32,000 nt of DNA from contig DASYXK010000021.1 of the NCBI GenBank assembly GCA_035935115.1, forward strand, positions 238,174 to 270,173, read 5' to 3'. The position numbers were made by a program, and so were the translations under genes. The DNA comes from Nitrosopumilaceae archaeon (GTDB taxonomy: Archaea > Thermoproteota > Nitrososphaeria > Nitrososphaerales > Nitrosopumilaceae). This document shows positions 1-8,455 of the stretch, piece by piece. Each line of letters begins with the position of its first letter. The stretch's first letter is position 1. The notes beneath the pieces were generated by a model, which saw nothing but the letters and a program-made list of their open reading frames with translations, had not been told where the DNA came from and did not search any database.

Positions 1-198
1 ATTTAGTTGAATTATTCTGTTGTTGATATCATCACAAAGCTCTGGGTTTTTTGTTATCTCATATTTTTTCATATCATTTAGAACATTAATTTGCTTTATT
101 GGACATGTGTTGGAAACGTCTAAGACATACAGAATGATAATTGCTACAATTCCTGCTAATCCAATAATTATTGCACGTTTTACAAAAGTGCTTACCAT
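1..198 (-). CDS. hypothetical membrane-anchored protein, N-terminal part only (gene runs off the window start)
   Basis: ATG at 198-196 lies 5 nt downstream of the Alba stop and stays open to position 1. Translation MVSTFVKRAIIIGLAGIVAIIILYVLDVSNTCP... has one N-terminal hydrophobic helix. Absent from the ORF track because it is truncated. Confidence 0.4.
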   Translation of the reverse strand, partial: MVSTFVKRAIIIGLAGIVAIIILYVLDVSNTCPIKQINVLNDMKKYEITKNPELCDDINNRIIQLN

Positions 199-202
199 GT
201 TT

Positions 203-481
203 TTAAGGACGGGCAACGTCGATTTCAATTGTGGATACATTTCGTTCTTTGCCATCTAGTGAGGTCATCCTTTCTGAAAATATCCTTACACCACTAACCT
301 TGTAGCCTACCGCATTTAGTCTTTTTACTATCATTTGGGACACATCTACAGCTGTGACTATGCTCTTTCCACGAGCTTTGATAGTTACAACCGGTTCTAC
401 AGATAGTTGGGTGAGTGTAGCATTAACATAAGTCGGAATTGACTTTTTTCCAATGAATATGATGTTTGGAATACGGCTCAC
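203..481 (-). CDS. albA: Alba (Sso10b) DNA/RNA-binding chromatin protein
   Basis: 92 aa. IFIGKKSIPTYVNATLTQL...TIKARGKSIVTAVDVSQMIVKR...NVSTIEIDV matches the Alba family pattern and length. Confidence 0.9.
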   Translation of the reverse strand: MSRIPNIIFIGKKSIPTYVNATLTQLSVEPVVTIKARGKSIVTAVDVSQMIVKRLNAVGYKVSGVRIFSERMTSLDGKERNVSTIEIDVARP

Positions 482-506
482 AGACGCATCTCACGTAGTG
501 TTTTAT

Positions 507-755
507 TTAATGGTTAAGATTCTCTTGATCTACAAATTTCTGTAGAATGTTTTCAATATCTTCTGCAGAAGAGGAGTTTTTTACAGCGTCAACAATTTCT
601 TTTTCTTCAATTTCATAACAATTTAGCAATTCGCCTTGATCTTTAAAAAAAAGCAACACCTTGTCTTGAAATATACAATAATACAGCTTTTCAATTTCCA
701 TTAATTCAGGTTTAATTTTAACACCCTCTGATTCTGCTATAACAGGATAATCCAT
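507..755 (-). CDS. hypothetical small acidic protein
   Basis: 82-aa ORF between Alba and the divergent Dpo4 gene. No motif recognised. Confidence 0.45.
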   Translation of the reverse strand: MDYPVIAESEGVKIKPELMEIEKLYYCIFQDKVLLFFKDQGELLNCYEIEEKEIVDAVKNSSSAEDIENILQKFVDQENLNH

Positions 756-797
756 GTATGGTCTAATCTCTTGAATATATTTAGACGGTTGGTTTCG

Positions 798-809
798 ATA
801 ATATAATAA
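798..809 (+). promoter_or_regulatory. TATA-like box upstream of the Dpo4 gene
   Basis: ataatataataa is centred about 28 nt upstream of the ATG at 832, consistent with archaeal TATA-to-TSS spacing and a leaderless or short-leader mRNA. Confidence 0.35.
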
Positions 810-831
810 GCATTTTTCTGCTCAAAGTAAC

Positions 832-1926
832 ATGGAAAAACGCGTTGTATTTCACATAGATTTTGATTATTTTTTTGCACAGTGTGAGGAATTGCGAAAT
901 CCAGATCTAAAAACAAAACCAGTAGCGATTTGTGTATTTTCTGACCGTGGTGGAGATAGCGGTGCGATAGCCACTGCCAATTACATTGCAAGAAACTATG
1001 GAGTAAAATCAGGTATGCCGATAAGATTTGCCAAGAAAAAATTAGAAAAAGTACATAATGCTGTTTTTCTGCCTACTGATTTTGAATACTATACAGAAAT
1101 CTCACAAAAGACCATGGATACAATAAAAGAATTTGCAGATATTTTTGAATATGTAGGAAGAGACGAAGCATATCTTGATGTATCAACAAGAACAGAGGGA
1201 GATTTTGACAAGGCATCACATTTTGCACAACAATTAAAAAATGCAGTTAGAAAGTCATCAAAGCTTTCTTGTACGGTAGGAGTATCATCAAACAAGCTTG
1301 TAGCAAAAATTGCCTCAAATTTTAAAAAACCTGATGGATTAACTATAGTGTCTCCAGAAAAAATTGAAAGTTTCCTAGATCCTCTTCCAATTAGAACAAT
1401 TCCAGGAATAGGGAAAAAAACAGAGAGTGTCTTTACAGATATGGGTCTAGAAACAATTTCTCAGCTAAAAAATCTAGATGTGTTTTCTCTTAATAGTAAG
1501 TTTGGCAGAAAAATTGGAGCGTATATTTACAATGCAGCAAGAGGCATTGATAATGAACCAGTTTCTCCAAGGCAAGAAGCAACACAATATAGCAGGATAA
1601 TCACACTAAAACAGGATTCAAAAGATTATAATTTTCTGACAAAAGATTTGGAAAAACTATGTGAAGACATTCACACTGCCATAATATCAGACAATATTAC
1701 TTTCAAATCAATTGGAATACAATTTGTGCAATCAGATCTATCAAACAAATCTAAGTCAAGGACCTTAAGAAATTCCACTTCTAGTCTTGATGAGTTCAAA
1801 AAAACTGTCATGCAGCTTCTAAGAGAAGCCCTAGAGGATCAACAACTTTTGGTGCGAAGAATTGGAGTCAGAGTGTCTGATCTTTCAAAAATCTCGGGTC
1901 AAGACAACATAACAAGGTATTTCTAA
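832..1926 (+). CDS. dinB: Y-family DNA polymerase IV (Dpo4/DinB type translesion polymerase)
   Basis: 364 aa. N-terminal VVFHIDFDYFFAQCEEL catalytic-Asp motif, DEAYLDV, SSNKLVAKIASNFKKPDG and IPGIGKKT. Confidence 0.9.
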   Translation: MEKRVVFHIDFDYFFAQCEELRNPDLKTKPVAICVFSDRGGDSGAIATANYIARNYGVKSGMPIRFAKKKLEKVHNAVFLPTDFEYYTEISQKTMDTIKEFADIFEYVGRDEAYLDVSTRTEGDFDKASHFAQQLKNAVRKSSKLSCTVGVSSNKLVAKIASNFKKPDGLTIVSPEKIESFLDPLPIRTIPGIGKKTESVFTDMGLETISQLKNLDVFSLNSKFGRKIGAYIYNAARGIDNEPVSPRQEATQYSRIITLKQDSKDYNFLTKDLEKLCEDIHTAIISDNITFKSIGIQFVQSDLSNKSKSRTLRNSTSSLDEFKKTVMQLLREALEDQQLLVRRIGVRVSDLSKISGQDNITRYF

Positions 1927-2399
1927 AATAAACCCACATGTGATGCCAATCTTTTGTGTTCTTCTGGAGTAATCCAGTCTACAAGAAGATAATCCAAAAT
2001 CTCTTCGTCATTCATTCCAAGATTTTTTGCTTCCAGAACTGCTATCTCATATGCTTCAATCTCAGTTGGCCTATCAACATATGCATATGATTTGTTATAC
2101 AGATCAAGACCCAGTCGTTGCTGCATTACATGCACAAGCTCATGAACAATATCAAGATAGAGTATTTTTGAATCAGAGTTTTGCAAATGCCCAAATCCAA
2201 TCACAATTGATGCGTCATCATTTTTTACGTACATGTAATGATCACTTTCTTCAACAATTACTTTGGTTTTTAAAAAAACATCATCAAGTTCTTCTTTTGT
2301 TTTGAAAACCTTGGTAAGAATATCCATCTCTTGTAATCCGTCAAAAATTTCAGCAAGCAAATAGTCTCCAGGAGTTATGTTTCTATTGATTTTTATCAT
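1923..2399 (-). CDS. putative small soluble zinc metallopeptidase (HExxH)
   Basis: 158 aa with H86ELVH90 followed by EIEAYE about 25 aa downstream (gluzincin-like spacing). No TM segment. The start overlaps the stop of the upstream archaeosortase-like gene by 17 nt. Confidence 0.55.
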   Translation of the reverse strand: MIKINRNITPGDYLLAEIFDGLQEMDILTKVFKTKEELDDVFLKTKVIVEESDHYMYVKNDDASIVIGFGHLQNSDSKILYLDIVHELVHVMQQRLGLDLYNKSYAYVDRPTEIEAYEIAVLEAKNLGMNDEEILDYLLVDWITPEEHKRLASHVGLF

Positions 2400-3327
2400 G
2401 TTCTTGTTTAGCTATCTCAAGTTTTTTTATGCGTCTAGTTTCCACAGATGTCACTATTAATAAGAAGATAAACAACCATGGCAGAAACATTATTTCGCCT
2501 GCAATACCATGAAATGATTCAAACTCGTTTACGTTAGTTGATACTTTTAGTACGAAAACAGATAAGGAAAATATTCTAATCACGTTTACTCCAATCGTGC
2601 CTATAACACCAAGTACAAAGTACATGGCTTTTCTATTTCTTGGAATGTTCATTTTGAGTAAAAATGCCATCATTACAAGCGAGTAGATTATGATGCTATG
2701 CACACCTGCTGAAGGCCAGAATACTTGCAGGGCAAACGGGCCATGTTCTCCAATTAAAAGCATGATATTTGCATGTGCACTTGCAACACCCAGATGAAGT
2801 GAGTTTATCAAGAAAACATCAAATTTTACCAGATAAGGCACAACATATTGTAGTGGTCCCAAGGAATCATACGGAAAGAATGCGTCAAGTGACAAAATTA
2901 TTGCAGTGCCAGCTGTGTATATTGGCCCTGCAGGAGATATTCTTATCCATCTTTTTCCAAACAATATTGTCATGGATGCAACAAAGAAAATTGCCATGAC
3001 GATAAAATCCCACATCCAAGTCCATGAATCTTTTAGTAGAACGTTAAAGTGCGGTGCAACAGAAATTAAATAATTACGCAGTCCAAATTCTAGACTTATC
3101 AGATAGATGATTGTGATTGCAGCCAGTGGAATTATAACAACTAGTCTTTTTTTTGGAATGACTAGTTTCAGACCAATAAGTTCTGCGGCAATAAAGGCCA
3201 TTGCAAAAAGAAATCCTCCCCTACCTTGATTCCAGCTCAGACTAAAAGAGTCGGGAAAAGCAGCTAAAGCAAGTATTGTTGGACTTGCAAGTATCAAGAT
3301 TGCATAAATTACACTTTTGTTCTGCAT
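2383..3327 (-). CDS. exosortase/archaeosortase-family polytopic membrane protein (thaumarchaeal type), cysteine-free
   Basis: 314 aa with about 8 hydrophobic segments. C-terminal motif series WPS206AGVHS ... GVN248VIR251 ... FH273GIAGE has the spacing of the family Cys/Arg/His signature, but the translation contains no Cys. Confidence 0.6.
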   Translation of the reverse strand: MQNKSVIYAILILASPTILALAAFPDSFSLSWNQGRGGFLFAMAFIAAELIGLKLVIPKKRLVVIIPLAAITIIYLISLEFGLRNYLISVAPHFNVLLKDSWTWMWDFIVMAIFFVASMTILFGKRWIRISPAGPIYTAGTAIILSLDAFFPYDSLGPLQYVVPYLVKFDVFLINSLHLGVASAHANIMLLIGEHGPFALQVFWPSAGVHSIIIYSLVMMAFLLKMNIPRNRKAMYFVLGVIGTIGVNVIRIFSLSVFVLKVSTNVNEFESFHGIAGEIMFLPWLFIFLLIVTSVETRRIKKLEIAKQEHDKNQ

Positions 3328-3367
3328 TAAATAAGTAGAAATTTGTGGTAAATAAAAACTCTAGCAA

Positions 3368-4528
3368 CTAGAAAAAGTCTGAAATTGATTTTTGTTTTCT
3401 TGCCTTTTGCAAGTTGCTTTTTGCAATCCATTCTTTCTTATCAATACTCAAACTTTTACAGGCAAGATCAAGACCTTCTTCAAAACTTGAAACTAGAACT
3501 GGTTTTTGTTTTAATGCCATTCGTATTCCCTCTCGTACTTGCCAAACCCCTACAGGAACAGCATATTCTGGTCTTATCTCTCTCAATACGAGAGCTGCTG
3601 CCTGCACCTTGTTTTTAAAAAGATATTCTGTAACACCTAGTCTTGAGGCAAAATGGGCCCCTGCAGTAACTGGATAATGATCTAGCCCCCTTCCATCCTC
3701 AAAATCAGAACCAAATCCAATATTTCCTTGTTGATCATACCATGCTTCTTGCATTTCAAACATCCATCTGCTTGGGAAAATAATTACAGAGAAAAAGTTT
3801 CCAATATGATTAAAGAAAAACACTTGACAGCTATCAATTATACCAAACTGCATTATTTCTGAAATCAAAGATTTTGATATCATATCATCAGTGGCTGTAA
3901 TACTCCATCTGGTAGGAACTAGCTTTCTATTTTTGCCAAACATTCCTATGCTAAAGCATTTTTGAATTCTTGATATCTCAATGCCCTTGTTGTAGAGTTC
4001 CAGAACAGAATCCTGGGCAAGCAAATCTTTGTCATAATAGATTTTCTGTATCTGTTTGTCTGAACTAGAATTGGAAAATTTTGCCGTTTTAATTTCGCCT
4101 ATTGGTCCAAATGGAGGGTTCTCACCATCAATTGACGTAACTGGAGTTGTATTTTTTAAAAATTGAATATCAGAATCAATTGGTCTTGATGCCATTGCAA
4201 CTTCTTGAAGACTTTCAATGTATTTCCCAGTAGGATTTGTTACTGGCATATTTTGTATCCCTCTTACCAAACTGAGTCGATAGTTTACAATTTCCTCCAG
4301 GCTTTTGCCTAGCCATTGCTCAGGAGAATCTAAAATCATGGTGTCGCCGTGTGTTGGTGGGAGCATTGGACCTACTGATACCTTTGGATAACCAGATGTC
4401 CCCACAAAGACAGATGGTGGGCTTGAACCGCTTATAAAATCAGAAGAAAAGAGATTACCATATTTTGACAAGTATTCATTCCAGTTTGTCTCAATTGCTT
4501 TGCGAATATCTGTAGCAGTACGTTTCAT
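3368..4528 (-). CDS. Nre-family putative DNA repair protein (DUF650/DUF651 type)
   Basis: 386 aa. N-terminal SPPSVFVGTSGYPKVSVGP motif and overall length are typical of archaeal Nre proteins. A TATA-like atattatta lies about 25 nt upstream. Confidence 0.6.
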   Translation of the reverse strand: MKRTATDIRKAIETNWNEYLSKYGNLFSSDFISGSSPPSVFVGTSGYPKVSVGPMLPPTHGDTMILDSPEQWLGKSLEEIVNYRLSLVRGIQNMPVTNPTGKYIESLQEVAMASRPIDSDIQFLKNTTPVTSIDGENPPFGPIGEIKTAKFSNSSSDKQIQKIYYDKDLLAQDSVLELYNKGIEISRIQKCFSIGMFGKNRKLVPTRWSITATDDMISKSLISEIMQFGIIDSCQVFFFNHIGNFFSVIIFPSRWMFEMQEAWYDQQGNIGFGSDFEDGRGLDHYPVTAGAHFASRLGVTEYLFKNKVQAAALVLREIRPEYAVPVGVWQVREGIRMALKQKPVLVSSFEEGLDLACKSLSIDKKEWIAKSNLQKARKQKSISDFF

Positions 4529-4624
4529 GGAGTATCAAAATGCATCCTATCTAATAATATGGTACAATCAATCAGTGCTAGCTTTTAGTTAGATTCATGT
4601 ACCATACTTGAAAAAGGTAGAGAA

Positions 4625-5011
4625 TTGGTTGATGCAGAATCATTTGGAATTGAGAAAGGATATGGCAATCAAGCAGTACAATGGATGAATGATGAAGCAA
4701 AAAAAATGGATTGGAAGTTTGAAGCAAGACTTTATGATTATGAAATTACCACAAAAAATTTTGGTTCGTTTGAGATGTTTTCATGGATTGGCGATGCCAA
4801 AGCAGCAAGAGACTTGACAATAAAAGCAAGCAAGAGATTCAAGATCAAAGTTATAGAAGGAGGCTACAAATCAAAACAGTTCATTTTAAAACTTGAAAAA
4901 AACGAGTATGGTATGGTTCGAAAAGGAGACAGAGTAATAGGTCGCATAGAATTTGCTTCTTCCAGATTAACAGAAAGCAAATGGGTAGTAAAGTTGGAAG
5001 AAAGAAAATAA
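4625..5011 (+). CDS. hypothetical protein
   Basis: 128-aa ORF starting at TTG. The first in-frame ATG is 20 codons in, so the start is uncertain. No motif recognised. Confidence 0.45.
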   Translation: MVDAESFGIEKGYGNQAVQWMNDEAKKMDWKFEARLYDYEITTKNFGSFEMFSWIGDAKAARDLTIKASKRFKIKVIEGGYKSKQFILKLEKNEYGMVRKGDRVIGRIEFASSRLTESKWVVKLEERK

Positions 5012-5021
5012 TTTATAAAAT

Positions 5022-5585
5022 CTACAGCTTTGTTCTTGCAAGTATTTGAGCGACTCTAAGTGGTTCTGGTATAGAACCCTGGAGAGTAAAGGCATCTAAC
5101 AGATTTTTTGTTTCTTGTATGGTACAACCTTCAATTCTGACATACAAGTCATGTCCAGTATGAAGTGTGAATTTGGTTCTTTCACCAAGGTTATGATATT
5201 CTTCAATCTTGGATTGATAAGAATCCGGGAAATGAAATTTTATTGCATCTTCAATTCCCTTTGAATTTTCATAAGTTACACCAATAATTGGAATTTTTAT
5301 TTCGTTCCAGATTTTTTTGATATCTACTATGTTATACATTGAAATAATCAATCCTGAAATCATCAGGAAGCTTATATCGTCTCGGTGTAGTTTTTTGTAC
5401 ATCTGTAAGATAGAATCAGTCGCATCATTTCCTTCAATAGTGGTTTGACCAAAAACAAAACCATCAATAATAAAATCTCGCCTCATAACAACACCTGCTA
5501 GTGTTGAGATTTTGTTTTCTTCTCGAAAACTTTCTGCTATAGCAAGCCCTCGTAAACCTTTTTTTTCAATGTGAAGATGATTCAT
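5022..5585 (-). CDS. UPF0215/DUF99 family protein
   Basis: 187 aa. KKGLRGLAIAESF...LAGVVMRRDFIIDGFVFGQTTIEGNDATD...ISGLIISMYNIVD matches the pattern I recall for archaeal DUF99 proteins. Confidence 0.65.
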   Translation of the reverse strand: MNHLHIEKKGLRGLAIAESFREENKISTLAGVVMRRDFIIDGFVFGQTTIEGNDATDSILQMYKKLHRDDISFLMISGLIISMYNIVDIKKIWNEIKIPIIGVTYENSKGIEDAIKFHFPDSYQSKIEEYHNLGERTKFTLHTGHDLYVRIEGCTIQETKNLLDAFTLQGSIPEPLRVAQILARTKL

Positions 5586-5739
5586 CTTTTTGTCGCCTAG
5601 AAAATTTTCTATAAGCTAAACTAACTACTAGAATAAAGATAGATGTAATTACTGACCAAGAACCAAATGCCATAAAATCATGTGTATTCACAATAGTATA
5701 ATTTTCTCATGAACTTATGAATGATTATTTCGTACAATT

Positions 5740-6660
5740 TTATTGAATAATTGTTCCGCTACCCACTATACGAATGGTTTGTGACTCGGGTTTTAGAATA
5801 ACACAGACATCATCTTTATCAAATACTGCTGGCTTGCCTAGTGATAATTTCATAGGTTTTAGTGAAATGATCTTTGCAGGTCTAATTTGTAATCCTATAT
5901 TTACAAGAAACATCTGATTCTCACCTAGTTCTCCTTTGAAAAATTTGTTTTGTAAATAATCTATAGTAATCTCTTGAGACACTTGAATTGAATCAGGCAC
6001 ACATAATAAATCGCCTCTCTGAACATCGTCTGGAGTAATTCCTTTGACAGAAAGACCAACACGCGCTGGAGATATTGCTTCATCTACTGGATCGTCGTGC
6101 ATTTGTATAGATTTTATTAAAACATCGGAGCCTCTAGGCAAGAGTTTTAGGTTATCGTATGTCTTTGCCTTTCCTTGATTTACTTTTCCCAAGATTACAG
6201 TTCCAACCCCCTTGACATCAAAGCAATGATCTATTGCAATTTTGGTCTTGCCGTCTTTTGTTACAGGTTGCAAGGCATCTGCTTCTTTTTTTAGATCTTC
6301 AAGTTCAACCAGCTTGTATTGCTCAACTACAGTACCTCTAGTCATCATAAGGAGTTTGTTTCTATCAACTTCGTATGAGTGACATAACAAACCATGTGTT
6401 TTTTTAAGAACGTCTAAAGCAACAATTTGTTCTCCGGTGAATTTGTCAAGCTTTGTCACATAAAAAATGACATATTCGCCCATATTGATGGCCTGAAAAA
6501 GTGGCTGTATTTTTTCTGGAAACCCCGTGGGAATGGTCCATGTTTTTACAACGTCTGACTCTTTTCTGTCATATATTGTAAGATCTGTCGCTGTTCCCTT
6601 TTTACCAAAATCTTTTGCAATTGATTCATCTCCAAGCAATGTATAGTTAATTGACTTCAT
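5740..6660 (-). CDS. EF-Tu/SelB-like protein with EF-Tu domain 2 and degenerate G domain (pseudo-GTPase)
   Basis: 306 aa. The central KGVGTVILGKVNQGKAKTYDNLKLLP...ARVGLSVKGITPDDVQRGDLL is a clear translation-GTPase domain II. The N-terminal ~130 aa lacks GxxxxGK[ST], DxxG and NKxD. Confidence 0.7.
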   Translation of the reverse strand: MKSINYTLLGDESIAKDFGKKGTATDLTIYDRKESDVVKTWTIPTGFPEKIQPLFQAINMGEYVIFYVTKLDKFTGEQIVALDVLKKTHGLLCHSYEVDRNKLLMMTRGTVVEQYKLVELEDLKKEADALQPVTKDGKTKIAIDHCFDVKGVGTVILGKVNQGKAKTYDNLKLLPRGSDVLIKSIQMHDDPVDEAISPARVGLSVKGITPDDVQRGDLLCVPDSIQVSQEITIDYLQNKFFKGELGENQMFLVNIGLQIRPAKIISLKPMKLSLGKPAVFDKDDVCVILKPESQTIRIVGSGTIIQ

Positions 6661-6705
6661 GGTACTAGTAAAAGTCCATCAGAAAGTCACATGTAAAAAA
6701 TCTTG

Positions 6706-7527
6706 TTAATTTGATCTAGAATATTTTCCCATTAGCGTAGCTTGTTCCAAAATATGACCGTCCATTGCATGTACGAAATTATCTTTTGTGGAACCATCCC
6801 CAAGATCAAGCATAGTTTCTAGCGCATATAGCTTGAAAAAATATCTGTGAGTTCCAGATGGTGGACATGGCCCCCCATAACCTGTTTTGCCAAAAATTGT
6901 AATTCCCTGTGGATAAGATATTTTTTCTCCTTTGTTGAATTGCAACTTTTCTGAAGGAATGTTCCAAATAATCCAATGTGTCACTGTTCCTATTGGAGCA
7001 TCTGGATCTTCAACTATTAATGCAAGACTCTTGGCATTGACAGGCACCCCAGTTATTGTCAATGGAGGAGAAACATTAGTTCCATCACACGTGTATTCTG
7101 ATGGAATTGTTTCATTATTTTTAAACACAGAACTAGATAATACCATTACTTGTTCTGTTTTAATTTTCATTATTCCAGATTGTATCAAATATTGAATTCC
7201 TTTAACAAAATCATTATCAGTTATGGTACCGTTTGCCCACCAGCCAGCATTGTTTTTAATCCAACTTGGAATTTGTTGGGAAGAACCATATCCTGAATGA
7301 GTTTGCGGAATTTTCATTATTCCAGATTGTATCAAATATTGAATTCCTTTAACAAAATCATTGTCCCCAATTTGTCCTTCTGACCACCACTTGGCGTTGT
7401 TTTTTATCCATGATGGAATTTGTATTTCTTCGGCAAGTGATTTGGTTAAAAATAACGATACCGCAAGTATTGTAAATAACATTACAAGGCCAAAAATCCT
7501 TCCATATCCCATAAAGTAAATTAGCAA
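6706..7527 (-). CDS. secreted/anchored PEBP (YbhB/YbcL) family protein with two N-terminal copies of an uncharacterised ~37-aa module
   Basis: 273 aa. N-terminal hydrophobic anchor, then 2x IPSWIKNNA.WW..G.I.DNDFVKGIQYLIQSGIMKI. The C-terminal half carries EDPDAP...THWIIWNIP...GYGGPCPPSGTHRYFFKLYAL, the PEBP signature. Confidence 0.8.
   Translation of the reverse strand: MLIYFMGYGRIFGLVMLFTILAVSLFLTKSLAEEIQIPSWIKNNAKWWSEGQIGDNDFVKGIQYLIQSGIMKIPQTHSGYGSSQQIPSWIKNNAGWWANGTITDNDFVKGIQYLIQSGIMKIKTEQVMVLSSSVFKNNETIPSEYTCDGTNVSPPLTITGVPVNAKSLALIVEDPDAPIGTVTHWIIWNIPSEKLQFNKGEKISYPQGITIFGKTGYGGPCPPSGTHRYFFKLYALETMLDLGDGSTKDNFVHAMDGHILEQATLMGKYSRSN
7159..7419 (-). repeat. in-gene tandem duplication (period 147 nt) encoding the ~37-aa module
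   Basis: A 54-nt stretch, aattttcattattccagattgtatcaaatattgaattcctttaacaaaatcatt, is identical at 7162-7215 and 7309-7362. Confidence 0.85.
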
Positions 7528-7547
7528 TGGTTTTAGATAAATTCGAT

Positions 7548-8432
7548 CTAGAAAGTTTTTTTATTATTTTTTGCTATAATCAAATCTACCTTATAGTGAA
7601 GGTTCAAACGTGAGTTAATATTTAATTTCCAAGGCAGAAACTTTGGTTTTTTTGTATTTTGGATAATGACAAATCCTCTTTTTTCTAGTTCAAATCTAAG
7701 TGATTTAGAATCAACTGTTTGTTTTACAGAATTTATTCCTCTCTCAAAGTCATATGGATCAGAAATCAAAATCATGTCACTCGCTTGTTTAGATAAAACA
7801 TCCAGTAAATCAAGTGGTTCAACAAGTTCTAATAGATTTAATCCAACAACTAGACCAAACTTATTTTTCCCAAAGGGATGATTTAATGAGTTGGCTACAA
7901 AGAAATCAAGGTTTTTAAAATTATTTTGTTTTGCCTCTAATATAGCAAAAAAAGATTGATCTATTCCAAATACGTTATCGTGTTTTGTTGCCAGATATTT
8001 TGTAACGTATCCTATTGAACAGCCATGTTCTAATACCAAATTAGATTTTGTAAATTTGTTAAGTGAATTTTTCATATGAGAGTAAAATTTAGACTTGATG
8101 CTGTTTTTGTATGTAATTACCCATCGCTTTTCTATAGGAGTCACATCTGAATGAGAATTTTTTATTTTTTTAAGTGAGTTTTTTACAAATGATTTTATCT
8201 TTTCATTTTTTGCTCCAGTCATCAAGTATCCTCCCAATTGAGTACGGTTAGAAAGATATGATACCAGATCTGATTGTATGATTGGGATTTTTGAAATTAT
8301 TGGATAGGTACTGTTACAATTATTACAAATAAGAAAGCCTTCCTCAATTTCATGCGATTGCTCAAGTATTTCTATATCTAGTGTGCCATAACAATTTACA
8401 CATCGTAGATATTCCAGACTAAATTGATGCAT
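7548..8432 (-). CDS. class I SAM-dependent methyltransferase with N-terminal Trm112-like zinc ribbon
   Basis: CVNC...CNNCNSTYPIISKIPII zinc ribbon followed by VLEHGCSIGYVTKYL (motif I-like). The start is placed at MHQFSLEY (8432) rather than 8501, which would overlap the upstream regulator gene. Confidence 0.65.
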   Translation of the reverse strand: MHQFSLEYLRCVNCYGTLDIEILEQSHEIEEGFLICNNCNSTYPIISKIPIIQSDLVSYLSNRTQLGGYLMTGAKNEKIKSFVKNSLKKIKNSHSDVTPIEKRWVITYKNSIKSKFYSHMKNSLNKFTKSNLVLEHGCSIGYVTKYLATKHDNVFGIDQSFFAILEAKQNNFKNLDFFVANSLNHPFGKNKFGLVVGLNLLELVEPLDLLDVLSKQASDMILISDPYDFERGINSVKQTVDSKSLRFELEKRGFVIIQNTKKPKFLPWKLNINSRLNLHYKVDLIIAKNNKKTF

Positions 8433-8455
8433 TTCAGATAAAAAGTAGCATGCCT

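Noticed and set aside
20-259. 79-aa plus-strand ORF at the window start, and the 84-aa minus ORF at 737-991
   Set aside because: The first overlaps the Alba 3' end and the better-supported minus-strand membrane-protein ORF. The second overlaps the Dpo4 5' region and promoter. Neither has any recognisable motif.
5566-5673. Small hydrophobic ORFs in intergenic gaps: 35 aa at 5566-5673 (-), 51 aa at 9530-9685 (+) and 51 aa at 11048-11203 (+)
   Set aside because: Each has an ATG and, in the first two, one predicted TM helix. None has a motif, a well-spaced TATA box or any conservation evidence available here, so I did not report them as features.
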